Source: Enoplolaimus lenunculus | Lineage: Eukaryota | NCBI GenBank assembly: GCA_030248215.1 | Contig: JASANG010002509.1 | Location: forward strand, 1 to 64,000 | Length of the DNA stretch: 64,000 bases | Reading direction: 5' to 3' | In this document: in pieces, positions 41,388 to 53,007 of the stretch | Position numbering within the stretch: the first letter of the stretch is position 1 | Layout: the number at the start of each line of letters is the position of its first letter | The notes under the pieces: model-generated | Database searches by the model: none | What the model was told of the DNA's origin: nothing | Seen by the model: the letters and a program-made list of their open reading frames with translations, nothing else | Made by a program: the position numbers and the translations under genes

Positions 41388-42022
41388 CATAAACGATGGC
41401 GCCTCCCGCTGGTTGTTTGTAGTACAGGACTTGATTTGTTTACTTCAACTGCAAAATGATATCTCCAATTGAAGTTTGAAAGTCTATAAACAGAAATAGA
41501 TGTTTTGTGACGTTTTTGTTTAAATTATAATTATAGGAACTCGACAAAGATTTGAACTTAAGATAATACAGACTTAAAATCACTTCGTTGTGGGCTAAGC
41601 GTAGCGATACTAAAATTTTTGTTACCTCAGTCAATTCAGCAGAATTAATATTCCAAAGCTTGTAAAAAATGCGTTTCTTGTTGTCAGAAATTTTTTAAAG
41701 GGTGGTATACCCACAATTATCCGGCCTCTGCCACTAATTATGACCACAATAGTTTAGTCAAACACAAAAATGAATAAAACGGTTTAAAAATATGACAGAT
41801 GACATGAAAATCAGATACCGGTATGGTTTATGTTCAAGATTGACTGCGGGTTGAAAAGTTTTTTCTTGGTTCAAACAAGATAAATACTCGAGACCAGGGT
41901 TTTAATAGAAAAGGTTTGTAAGCTTAGTTGAACGCGTAAAGGTTACTATAATTACGACTGCTACTGTCAGATAATTTTTATCATCAAAACTTATCAAGAG
42001 CGTAGGTTTATTGGATTTTTTG

Positions 42023-42221
42023 GGCCCATGTAAACATCAGTAGCGGAACGTTTTTCTGTGGGACTTGAAAAGCGTAAGCTAAAGCTTCAGTCATTTTTTG
42101 CTTGGCTTAGGTTTAAGCTTAGGCTTAGGAATATACTCTTTGTTACACTTAGGTGAAGGCTTAGGCTTAGGCTTAGGAATATGTTTATAATACTGTTCCG
42201 CCCCGGTGTTTTACATTGTCC
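42023..42221 (-). mobile_element. Telomere-repeat MITE, family A
   Basis: Flanked by gattttttg on both sides (8-9 bp TSD). Confidence 0.85.
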
Positions 42222-43254
42222 GATTTTTTGGTTTAAGCAATCTAGTAGCAGGACAAAAACACGTTATTTATTGATCAGAATGAAGACTAAAATAATACAA
42301 CTAAACGTCAGATATGCTTTAAAAATCAGGCGTGTGTTTAGCTAGCTTAACCTGCCAGGGGAGAGCCAATAATTGTCACGGGAAGGGTATACAACGATTC
42401 TAGCTAAACATATGTGAGGGGGCTAAAAGTGTGCAACGAGTACGCATGACTTTACAAACAAAGTTGAAAATTTTCTAGGGTCAGACAACGTTATTTAGAC
42501 GAGCTTAGTTCTGTCCACCTGTAGTTGCAAGTTCGCGTCTTATAGACGGGTTGCAAACACAACGGTTCAACAACTTATGCAAATACCTAAGGGAACGTCT
42601 ATCTGTACCATACGTCGTATTCTGTTTTCACATTGTCAGACATATCCGATATCCAGGCAAATCCTATGCGCTTCTTATTAGCTCATCTTGTAATATTAAA
42701 CATATGATTCGATTAACAATACAGTCTCAGTGATCGTACGGTTTGGGGATTAAAGTCCAGGACCTTTGGTCCCACATCGGTCCGATGTGTCGAGACCTCG
42801 ACGAGAGCAGGAGCGCCCCCACGAGGGGGGCATTAGGGGAGCCGTGCCCCCAAATTTGGCTGGTGTCACCCCAAATAGACACTAATTCGGTGCCCTCTAA
42901 ATATAATTTTCTGCGGACGCCCCTGGGTGAGAGCTCCAAAGGGCCTTAATGCATCATACAGAAGCCTTGCTTAACTTCTAGAAGGTCCTTGGGACACTAG
43001 ACCCGGTCCATTAGGGCTCAAATCCATTGACTACGAAATGTACTGATGAGACTACTGCACGTGATAAATGACAATCAGAAAAAACTCGCAAGCGAAACGA
43101 TCGAGAAACAAAATGTAATTTTGGTACTAAATTTTAATCCAACATTTCGTTTTGATCCATGTTGCAGACGCGAGGCCGGGGTACACTTTCTTGCACCCGC
43201 TAGTGTAATAGGGTACACGAGAAATTTGTGGCATTTATGAACCACAGACCTTAA

Positions 43255-43507
43255 CCCCCTTCTCACATTGAGTTGCCTGTAGGCAACTGAGCGCAGTGTA
43301 TATACGTTAAATAGTATACATCGCACCGTGTTTAACAATTGCAATACGTATACATAGCACTAAATCACCACAAGACGTGAGAACCCCCTCGGGCTCGAGC
43401 GTCAAGCTCCTGAAGCTGAGTGGTGATGGTATACGCCTCCCTAGAGTTCGAACCCTAGCATAAAAGTAGGTCTCATGGAAAATAGAAAATATTCATGTGC
43501 GAAAGGG
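43255..43507 (+). mobile_element. piggyBac-like MITE
   Basis: TTAA TSD; same family. Confidence 0.9.
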
Positions 43508-44456
43508 TTAATGCTTGTTTTACTGTAGTTGGAGCAAGCGATAGATTTAAAAAAAATAGCTTCAAAATACGGACTTAATAACTTTGTTTCGCTCTGAATG
43601 TCATGTTTGATTTATTTATTCAGCAGCTTTTCATCCAGTGTAACAATGAATATTTGTGCCGACACAGTGAATTTTATTATTTTTGATTGGATTTATATTG
43701 TCGAACACGGACGGGTCCAACAAGGGTACATAGCGGTGAAGACCGACTACAAAGGGATCACAGCCCAGTTTTGTATTAATGATTTAAACGTCTAAAGTGG
43801 TGTGTTTGGCTTACTGCTTGCTTCGCTTGCGAATCGCATCTGACACGGCTGTTTGTTGCACAAATTTCTGGATCCGCCACTGAACGGTTACACTGTCGTG
43901 CGTTGGCGAACGCTACTGAATAACTGATGTTTTTATTTATGAGACAACGTTGTCGTGCTAGTTTCACAAGATTGAAACGAGATATAGGTATATTGTTTTT
44001 AATCGATCAGTATGATTGCTTGCGATAATAGATATCTCCACCCGCGGCTGGCGGATCAAACAAGGGCTAGTCTACCCGCTCCATGGCCTCGACGACGAAT
44101 CAAAGCCAAAATGTTGTATTAAGATTTAGTACTAAAATTGCGTTTGGCTTCTCGAACACGCGCGCGCGCGCCAATGTGAAGTTTCTGGATCCGCCATTGC
44201 AATAATTGATCCTTTCGGTATCGCCAAACATATACCGGTTTTAAGCTATCAATATGATTGCTTGAGTTATGAAACTTTGGTTCACGGTTTAGTGTTTTGC
44301 AATCAGGTCACTGCCAGGCTTTGAACCATTTTTGATGTAAAAGGGTTTTGCAAGTGATCATACCGATCGAACAGCCATTTTTGACTTTAACCGTCACGCG
44401 TTTTGGTTTGCGTCTGTAGAAATTTCACGAAGATATGATCCCTTCATCCCTGTTTT

Positions 44457-44654
44457 AGCCAATGTATAGAACAGGACCGGAACTGTAGTATAGCGTATTC
44501 TTAAGCCTATGTCTTAGCCTAAGCGTACGAATGAGCCTATTCCTAAGCCTAAGTTGAAGCCTAAGCCTACACAATAAAGTTTAGTCAAAAGCTTAAACTG
44601 ACTCGACTACAGCCCCGCCAGAAATTAATCCGGGGCCCTGTTCTATATATGGCC
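44457..44654 (+). mobile_element. Telomere-repeat MITE, family A
   Basis: gccaatgtatagaacagg … cctgttctatatatggcc. Confidence 0.8.
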
Positions 44655-44897
44655 CCGTTTTGTATATGCTTCAATTTGTCGTATACCTAACAATGATATT
44701 AAAATTGCAAATTTGAACAAATTTGTTTTTAGCCATAGGCAGACGGTGTTCGCTGTATGAAATTAATTCGTTTATTTTTAATTTCCGTCGAAATTTTCTG
44801 ATTGAAACAATGCAAATTGAAAAATTATGTTGCGAGCTTAAATGCCTGCAGAAGAAAGTAAAAATTTGTGTAATTAACTAACGGTGTATTATCTGTT

Positions 44898-45093
44898 GGC
44901 TCATGTAAAGATCAGAGGCGGAACGTTTTTTCGATGGGACTTGAATAGAGTAAGCTTAAGCTTTAGACTATTTTTTGCTTATGCTTTGGATTAGGCTTAG
45001 GCTTAGGAATAAACTCATTCTTACGCTTAGGCTTAGGTTTCGGTTTAGAAATACGTGTATAACACTGTTCCGCCCCTGGTCTTTACACTGGCC
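44898..45093 (-). mobile_element. Telomere-repeat MITE, family A
   Basis: TIRs and internal ttaggc array. Confidence 0.8.
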
Positions 45094-46631
45094 CATCGGT
45101 TCGATTCGTCTTTAAGCAAACCAGTTTTACGTCATGTTCTCTGGCTAAATTTCTTCTCTATTTGTGGTTTGGATGAAATTAGCCGATATGACCAAGTACA
45201 TGCATTTAGCGTTTCCCCTAATTTAACCTATAATTTTGCTAAAAATCTATTTTTAAGTCTGTTAACTGTTTAAAATTAAAAAAATATCGCTTTCATAGCA
45301 CTGTTTGCCGAAATACTAGAATGACTATTTAAGTTTTCCAAATAATAAGCAGAGCGATAACTGTTGGCAGTAACGGGTCCAGAGATGGTTTGGGGGGTGG
45401 GGCGTACGCCCCCCATCAGAAAGTTTTTTGTGTTAAAATGGTAACGTCCCTACCTTACCGTTTTTCCGTCAGAAAATGTTTTGTAAAAAACAACTTTTCC
45501 AGCAGATTTTTGTGTGATAAAATGGTAAGGTTTCTAACTTACAATTTTTTACATTTTTTCCCGCAGGATTTGTTGTGATAATATGGTAAGGTCCCTAAAA
45601 CTATTTGGTGACAAATTGATACGGTCCCAACCTTACAATTTTTGCGTTTCACAACATTTGCCAGCGCCCCCCCCACCGTTTAGAAATTTTTGGATCCACC
45701 TCTGACTGTTACAAAATTTAATAGCAAAATACAGTTTCAAGTGGATTCTTGATATCCTTTGGTCTCATTGCACCCATTTGCGCTCACATAGGGGAGTGGC
45801 ATACCTTAGTATCTTCTACATTTTGTACCAGCTATAAGACTGCTTTCTATAACTTTTCTGTGACGTTCAATCAATATAACCCCAACAGTTTTAGAATTCC
45901 GGATTTATGGTTAATTGTTTGTACAAATTTTTGTTGCGTTGTTTGACAAACGACATTTAACAAAATGTAAATTTATATTCGAGTCTGTTTTAAAAATACA
46001 TTTCAACAGTGTTTTATTAATAAAATTACACTGAGAAACGCTTGTTTTTGCAGCAAATTGTTGTAGTTGCTGTATATCAGTGTTGAATGATGCTTGCAAA
46101 CGAGGCGGGCGGAGTTGCGTCAACGGCCGCTTTTTGAGCATCAAACCTGGATACCGATCAAGGCTTAAACCCGTTGCGTATAGGGATGAAACTAAAAAAT
46201 TTGTGTTCAGATTTAATACTAAAATTGCGTTTGGATTCTCGCTCGTAAGCGTTTGTCTATATTTTATATCGTGCAAACTCCCTTGCAAAACAATTTCCAA
46301 ATCTGATATTTGTGTTTTTTAATATTAGCAATCTTGACTAAAACAGCTTAATGTAAGTTGACGGGTAGCGTTAGAATTTTTACTAGACAACATGGGTATG
46401 CGTTATTTGTTTTTGCGTATTACCGTAACAGAAAACTTTGATTAGGAAAAAATTATAATTTTATACCATTTCCTATTCATTTAGTTGACTTACTGATGTA
46501 AGGTGTTATTCAGGCCATGACCTGCTAACAGGCATTAAAATCATTAAGATTTGAGCACTAAAATTACGGTTAGTTTCGCGCACCGCTTTGGTCTCTGAAC
46601 TTTTTTCTATCTAAGATACATCGTATCACCA

Positions 46632-46842
46632 CACTGCAAAAAATGGTGAGTCAAATTGACTCTCTCCGAAATAAGCTCTACGGGACTACACTAACTGAGT
46701 CAAATTCGACTCCGTCAGAGTCAAACGTGCGACTCAGAGAGAAGGATTTGACGCTGGCGGAGTCGAATTTGACACACTTCGTGTAGAGTCCCGTAGGGCG
46801 TATTTCGGAGATAGTCAATTTGACTCACCATTTTTTGCAGTG
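46632..46842. mobile_element. Palindromic CACTG MITE
   Basis: Long TIRs; flanks CA/TA. Confidence 0.85.
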
Positions 46843-48285
46843 TATAAGCAGAAGCCTAAATCAAAATCCTAAACCTGAGCAACACAGTAGTCTAAAGATT
46901 AAGCTCACTCTGCCCTGATCTGTTCATAGGGGCAGTTATTATAGCATCTTGAAAACTTTCTGAGATATTAAATTGCAATCTAGAATACTGTTATAATGTA
47001 CTGTTACTTTACCATATACTCTATATTACAAAAGAATAAGTGATAATCTGTCGCTGAACCGCTTCAGTTTAAATTTGTCTCATTTTAGCATCAATCAGCG
47101 CCTTCCGGCATCTTATCATACGTCTGTCAAACTTCGTATTCTAACGTATTGCCGTGTATTTGAAATCTTATCCATTTGGATATAACATATAAATCAGTGG
47201 CGAATCCACAAATTTTTGAACGCTGCACTGCAAAAAATGATGAGTCTGACTCAGTTATAAGTCAGAAAGTTATGGGACGCCGCCTACCCTCGGCAACTTT
47301 CTGCTTATGCGAGATTAGTTAGATCGAACACGGCGAATCCTGCTAAGCCCGTGACTGCGGTAGGTCTACCAAGTGGTCACGACATATAGAGAGTTACGAG
47401 GATCCGACAAATACGCAACACCCCTCAGGTCAACATTTGCCAAGCCACACATGGACTTGGGAATTAGCGACTTCGCCCAGCCCCATGACCGCTTTGCTAA
47501 AGCTGGGAATTTCAGCCAAACGCCCTGAGCCTAAGCGTCCCAGCAAGCTACCAATTCCCAAAATCGCACACCCAGCTTGACAGCGTTGCTCCGCGAAACG
47601 CTGCATCGGACCTGACTAGAATAATCCATGTCGCCTGCATGGGCAACGTCAAAATATATGCATAGCGAAATTGTGCGAGCAGGATGACAATCTGCGAGCA
47701 CTATCAGGATAAAAATGCAGGACCAAATTTGTAGACTCAGACGCTACTCATTTTCTCCGTATCTAAAATCTCGCACCGATTGGAATAAAAACCACGGAAT
47801 TGAAACTAACTGCGCAGAATCCACAAACCTTGCTATATCTCAATCTACACACTCAATTATGATAAAACTGTAAACCCTGAATCCCATTCCATACATGTAA
47901 CACAAAATTTAGGCCGGCTAACGAATTCACTCCGCAGTATTAGGTTAAAACATACGTGTACTAATTCGAGACTCACTTCGTTCAATACCGACACGCACGG
48001 AATCTGCGGGTCCAGGTAAAACTGCTTAATGATTCGCAAACCTGCAGGTGACTAAAACGCTCAGATAGGGGAGATACGAAAAATGCGGGTCGACCCATGA
48101 GGAGCTTACGCGTAGTAGACTAAGATGCTCAGACCCAAAACAGGAAAGCGAGAGCTTAGGCCTAAGACAGAGAGCAGGATGATGCGCATCGGATTGAAAG
48201 AAATGAGACGAAAAATACTTAAGGTGCGAAAGCGTCGCAGGGTAAACTAAGCTGGGTCCCCACCATGCGGGTGGATCACTTAGGC

Positions 48286-48600
48286 CTATGCGGGGTGAAA
48301 ACAATAAACAGTGACGCCTGAGTATAGCAGCTCACTATACTCTCCAAAATTTATTAGTACGAAAACAAATACTTAACTCACAAGAAAAATAATTATAGCT
48401 AACAAATTTCATATACCTGTAACATTGACCCTATGATTTACCTGATCATCCGCTAGGTTTTTAGCTTGTAATGCATCCAGTTCTGATTGAATGTCCGGTG
48501 TCGGCTGACCAACGGTCCACCGATAACCGGAGGTTGACGGCTTAAACGCCTCAGCTTGAGGGTTTAGCGGAGATGACTGTTTTGAGGTGTCCAAGTCCAT
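48286..48600 (-). CDS. Second PAM2-motif micropeptide (~71 aa), complement(join(48286..48317,48417..48600))
   Basis: SPLNPQAEAFKP fits PAM2, followed by GYRW (compare GGRW in the paralogue); donor ACAG|GTATAT; 99-nt intron to TACTCAG (exon 2 uncertain). Confidence 0.45.
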
Positions 48601-48641
48601 AATTTACTTTAATTAAACTAATTGGCACTAATTTTAGGTGG

Positions 48642-48959
48642 CTAACGACAGCACTGAAACTTATGCAAGTAATAGTTAGACCAAGCTTTAATTTGAAATA
48701 GGGCTAGCTTTTCCAGAGTGCACATTAACTTATACAAAGCCAAGATGTAACTGCAAGTTAGGATAAAATGCAATCTTACCACAATTTCTGGTATTTCATG
48801 CGACGGGCACGGAAGTGGCCGAGCATGCGGATTGTCCTGAGTCACGCCCTGCCAGAAAGGAGACTCAGCCGCTGTCCAATTGCACCAGTCAAGGCCCGTA
48901 GTCCATGACCAACCTACCCGGAGCTGCGGGAGGTGTGCTTGCTTAAATCTATACGCCAT
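48642..48959 (-). CDS. Hypothetical Trp-rich short protein (63 aa spliced / 105 aa unspliced)
   Basis: GWSWTTGLDWCNWTAAESPFWQG; consensus donor GTG|GTAAGA at 48779; in-frame GTTTCAG acceptor at 48654. Confidence 0.35.
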   Translation of the reverse strand: MAYRFKQAHLPQLRVGWSWTTGLDWCNWTAAESPFWQGVTQDNPHARPLPCPSHEIPEIVVRLHFILTCSYILALYKLMCTLEKLALFQIKAWSNYYLHKFQCCR

Positions 48960-48995
48960 GCGAATTTTCCGAAATTAGGAAGTATGAGCGTCTTT

Positions 48996-49399
48996 TCACA
49001 ACTCTACCTATTTCTACTTGTACACTCGGTAACACGAAAAACAAGAAAACTCACAAAACTACACTGAAAACTGATGATAATTATAAGGTAAGTTACCCTG
49101 GATCGAAAGTCCTTGCCACCCATCCTTGGCGGGTACTCCTTATGGTTTGATCGAGGTTGGCTACTAGGTCTAGTTATGCTACTCCGCCCGATCGTGTCCG
49201 GGATGGGTTTCCCATCTCGGGCTCGCAATGTATACACCATCAGAACGCAAATATTTATCGCTACCGGATCGTTGAGAAAAATGTCGCATAGAATTCCATT
49301 AGATAAAAGTTCCTCGCCGGCTGCAAGCCGGCGAACGCTTCCGAAACACTGATTATCCCGAAAAAGATTTGGGGCTAGGAGACTCTTATCCTCGCGCAT
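48996..49399 (-). CDS. Hypothetical short protein (104 aa if spliced 49097->49007; 131 aa unspliced)
   Basis: ATG-initiated ORF; donor AGG|GTAACT; no recognisable homology. Confidence 0.3.
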
Positions 49400-49438
49400 T
49401 CCTGCCCCCAGGTAAAATTTCTGACCACCGTGGCAAAA

Positions 49439-50253
49439 TCACATTGACCATCCAGTGGGCAGGAAAAATTCGGAGTGCGGGGAAAAATAAATTCTTGGTA
49501 AAAAGGAGTTGGTCAAAAAGGAAAAAGAAAAATGGGGACCCGCACCGCCTATTTCTAAGGCTGTAGAAATTTTTACTATACGCAATAATCATTCAATACT
49601 CAGCGCTCAAAAATCACCCGGGAAAAAGAAAAAGGAAAAAGGAAAAAGAAAAATATCCACCTCCGGTCCGGACACGATAACAAATTCCGACCCGGACTTG
49701 CTCGGTAGCGACCCGCGCAAGTCTGGGTCCGAAATAACAGAAATATTCCCGTCCTGCGGGAATCCAACAAAAACAGTGACGCGCCAATTCGGTAAAAACA
49801 ATATTCTCAGAGTCAGTACTGAAACAGAATTTCCAAGCAATCCGAGAATCATAGGGGCTAGCATCCCTTATCAAATCGGACACCTATAGTTTATTGCAAA
49901 GTCAGAACTCACTAACACTTTATACGTTATCCGTTACATATTCATATCAAGCATACATGAAGAACTTAACAGGACTTAGCACCTCGTTTTCGCCTACAAA
50001 TTTAACCCCAAACATGGCTCATTACCTTTTCCGCTTCCTGCCGTAGCGTGGTTTCCCATGCTGCTACTTCTTCCCGAGCCGGTGGACTTGCCGCCCACCG
50101 GCCCCCTTCCGGTGTTGCCGGACGAAACTCTTCCGCGAGCGGATTCAACCGAGCTAACGTTCTAGGTGACACGGGGATTGTTTCCGACGTTGAAGACGCC
50201 GACTTCGTCGGTGGAGGAGTTCGCGGCGGACTACCCCGGGTACTTTGGTCCAT
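49439..50253 (-). CDS. Hypothetical PAM2-motif protein (~190 aa), complement(join(49439..49560,49661..49883,50026..50253))
   Basis: caaacATG start; ARLNPLAEEFRP fits PAM2; donor AAG|GTAATG phase 0 joins TATAG|GTG acceptor into an open frame; GAG|GTGGAT to TCTACAG acceptor is phase 1 and open to TGA at 49439. Confidence 0.55.
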
Positions 50254-52533
50254 GTTTGAGCAGGATTCGTAGATCTTTGCTTTCGTTATAAAAATTTGAA
50301 TAGTATCAAGGTTTTGTTGTCGCTAGCGAATAAATTGCATCAGCCAAATAAGCACCGCTTTTAGATATGCATTAGACTAGTTTATATTTAGATTGACCTG
50401 AATGCAATTGGGTTAAAACCACGGTTGAGTCGAGCTAGACTCAACCGGAGTCTAACCCAACTCGAAATCGCGTCTGCAAATAGTTTTTCACCTAGATGTA
50501 CACACCGGGAAATTTAAATTAGAAAACTGCATACAGCCACCCGTACCGGAATAGCCCGTACGGCGCTTGTACCGGCCACCCCGGTACGAGCGCAAATTTT
50601 CACCAAAAGAAAACATAAACTACTAGTTCACCATGAAAACCAAATCAACCTTCAAACTCCACATTTGCTTAACAGCAGTAAGTTACAAAAACTCGGTATT
50701 CCTCCATTAGAACTTTCAAAATCAACCAATAAAATGCAACATAATTCGAAAAACACCACAAAATTTGTAAGCCAAGCAAAACTCACACAACTCCTAGCTA
50801 GCTAACTTTATTCAACATAACTCGGAATTTTAACTTGATCACAATTCCACCAAATTCTGACCAATTCATTCAAAATTTTAGAAAATTCCTCGTACATCCA
50901 CATTCAGAAAACTATAACAACTTATTCTAACCGTCAGAAAACTAAAATGACTACGACACAAATCTAACCGCCAAATTTAAACTCAAAACCATCTAAATTT
51001 GCAAAACAAGTATCGAACAAGGTCAAATAAACTAAATAACATATAATAACCTTCAGATACTATGACGAATGCAGACTTGACTTCAACTACGCGTTATTCA
51101 AAAGCTTACCGCCAAATTTCACCGTACTAAACATCAACACCGCCAATTCTAACCGTAAAGTTCAAAATTTCAAAAATCTTAATTTCGATATAACCCATAA
51201 GAGACTACACAAGCCGGCAAAAGACAGAAAAGACCGCCCCGGGCTCAAAAACACTCAAATCAAGTTCAAATCAACTTTTTCCGCTAGTTTTACTCACCTG
51301 CGCTCTCCCTTCAGACCCCTAGATCTCAAATTTGAAACCACCAAATCTCACGCCTACGGAGTACTACACCCAGGGGTCACACACTTGGATCCCCCAGGTG
51401 AATACCCCGCTACGGCTCCAAAAACATTTCCACCGGTGGTTTTCCAACCCGACACGCTCAAATTTCGTGTCTCTCGGGTCTCCCAAAACCCACCCGCCCC
51501 AAAACCGAAAACAACCCCCCCTACCACAAACTACAAAACAACTGTCATAATCTCAATTTCAGAATAAACACGTATATCCTATTTTAAAAACACACACAAA
51601 ACGACATATTTTTACTGCGCGAAACAAGCCAACCCATTTGTAACAATATTCAGTAGCTAGCTAAATATCACAAAAATAACGAAATATCTCAAATCGTGAT
51701 ATACATTTTCCAAGACCCAGAATACATCCATTCCGATAGAATTTAAGGGTTTTAGACCCGTTTTATAAAATTCAGCAGGTTTCGAACCCTATTACTAAGT
51801 TTTACGATGATCGAAACTGAATTAAGCCAAATTCAGACAATTATTGAATTTCACAAAATTCAAACATTTTGTAAGTTAGATTTCTAACCCAAAAACAGTT
51901 GTACTAGACTTGAAATAAGTCAATACCAATTATTCGCGATTGTTTTCAACCTTTTTAAGCTATGGGAGCACCCACAGCTCACCCGGAACGGATTTACAAA
52001 GTCTGTGCATTTCTACGAGTTATACCGATTTCCAGACCCGTGCACATGAGCATACAGCAACCCTCCAGAGCTCCGAGACTTCAAGGGCTGCCCATTACGG
52101 CTCAGAATCTTCCGAATCAAAGCTCCGCTAGCTGGCGTGAGCTTGCACGGGATCCTCTCGCTCCAGATATTATCATTACAATCTCCGTGCAGCCCGAAAG
52201 CTCACACATTCCCTCAAAAATGTGATCCCAGCTATTATCCGCCTAAATTCTGCTAGAATTTAGAGGCGCTGGGTGCAATGACATCTGTACATCAGTTTGT
52301 GTACAGGCCCGTAGAGCCTATTTCGGAGAGAATCAATTTGAGTCACCATTTTTTTGCAGCGTACTACTGTTACGGCTTTTGTCTATACATGGGCCAACAT
52401 ACTGAAACATGTACACAGTATATGCCCTATTATAGTGTCAATATTAGAGCTCCCGAGGTCAAAGGGTGCATGCTTCTAACCTTAGCAAAAAAGTTTATAT
52501 ACGCCATTGAAAGAATGGGTAAAATTTTAACAT

Positions 52534-53007
52534 TTACCAAATTCCAATATACCTGAATATACCACTCAAATGGTAGGTCAGTCGTTCTCCGCAGATGTAA
52601 AAGTTCCAGTAAATTAATTTCAAAATCCGATTGAACCAAGTGACCTGCAATTTTATTTCGGGACCGAATAATCTCATGGAGCCGTTTTTTGGAGCCTTTT
52701 CAATCCAGAAGGGGTTACTTGGCGATCCGTGTCCAACGTATTGATCTTTTCTCGTGTATACACGCGTAAGAGTTGATCCCAAATTTAACGCCCCAAAACC
52801 CTCGCTTCTCAATCTAACATCGACCGTAGCGTATAATTGCAACCAAGATATCGTTCCTGGTTCTCTGTGCAGAGTTTGCTGCTCTAGCGCATACCCATAG
52901 GGTGGTTTAAAATGGTTAAATGAATAAAGTTTGCTGGCGAAGATGCTATCAAATTTAATTTCCGGCATCAAATGCGCTTTTAGAATATTGAAATCATTTC
53001 GCGGCAT
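52534..53007 (-). CDS. Hypothetical protein or exon, 157 aa
   Basis: Long non-repetitive ATG ORF in AT-rich DNA with protein-like composition (…GHGSPSNPFWIEKAP…); family not recognised. Confidence 0.45.
   Translation of the reverse strand: MPRNDFNILKAHLMPEIKFDSIFASKLYSFNHFKPPYGYALEQQTLHREPGTISWLQLYATVDVRLRSEGFGALNLGSTLTRVYTRKDQYVGHGSPSNPFWIEKAPKNGSMRLFGPEIKLQVTWFNRILKLIYWNFYICGERLTYHLSGIFRYIGIW

Larger units (their letters stand above)
47226..52361. mobile_element. 5.1-kb non-autonomous CACTG-ended (CMC/EnSpm-like) element carrying cargo ORFs
   Basis: Left end cactgcaaaaaatgatgagtc; right ~70 nt (52291-52361) matches one arm of the CACTG MITE family; interior is more GC-rich and lacks the MITEs that pepper the flanks; no transposase ORF seen. 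Confidence 0.7.

Noticed and set aside
47226..52361. Autonomous transposon or LTR retroelement
   Set aside because: No transposase, RT or integrase ORF and no LTRs visible
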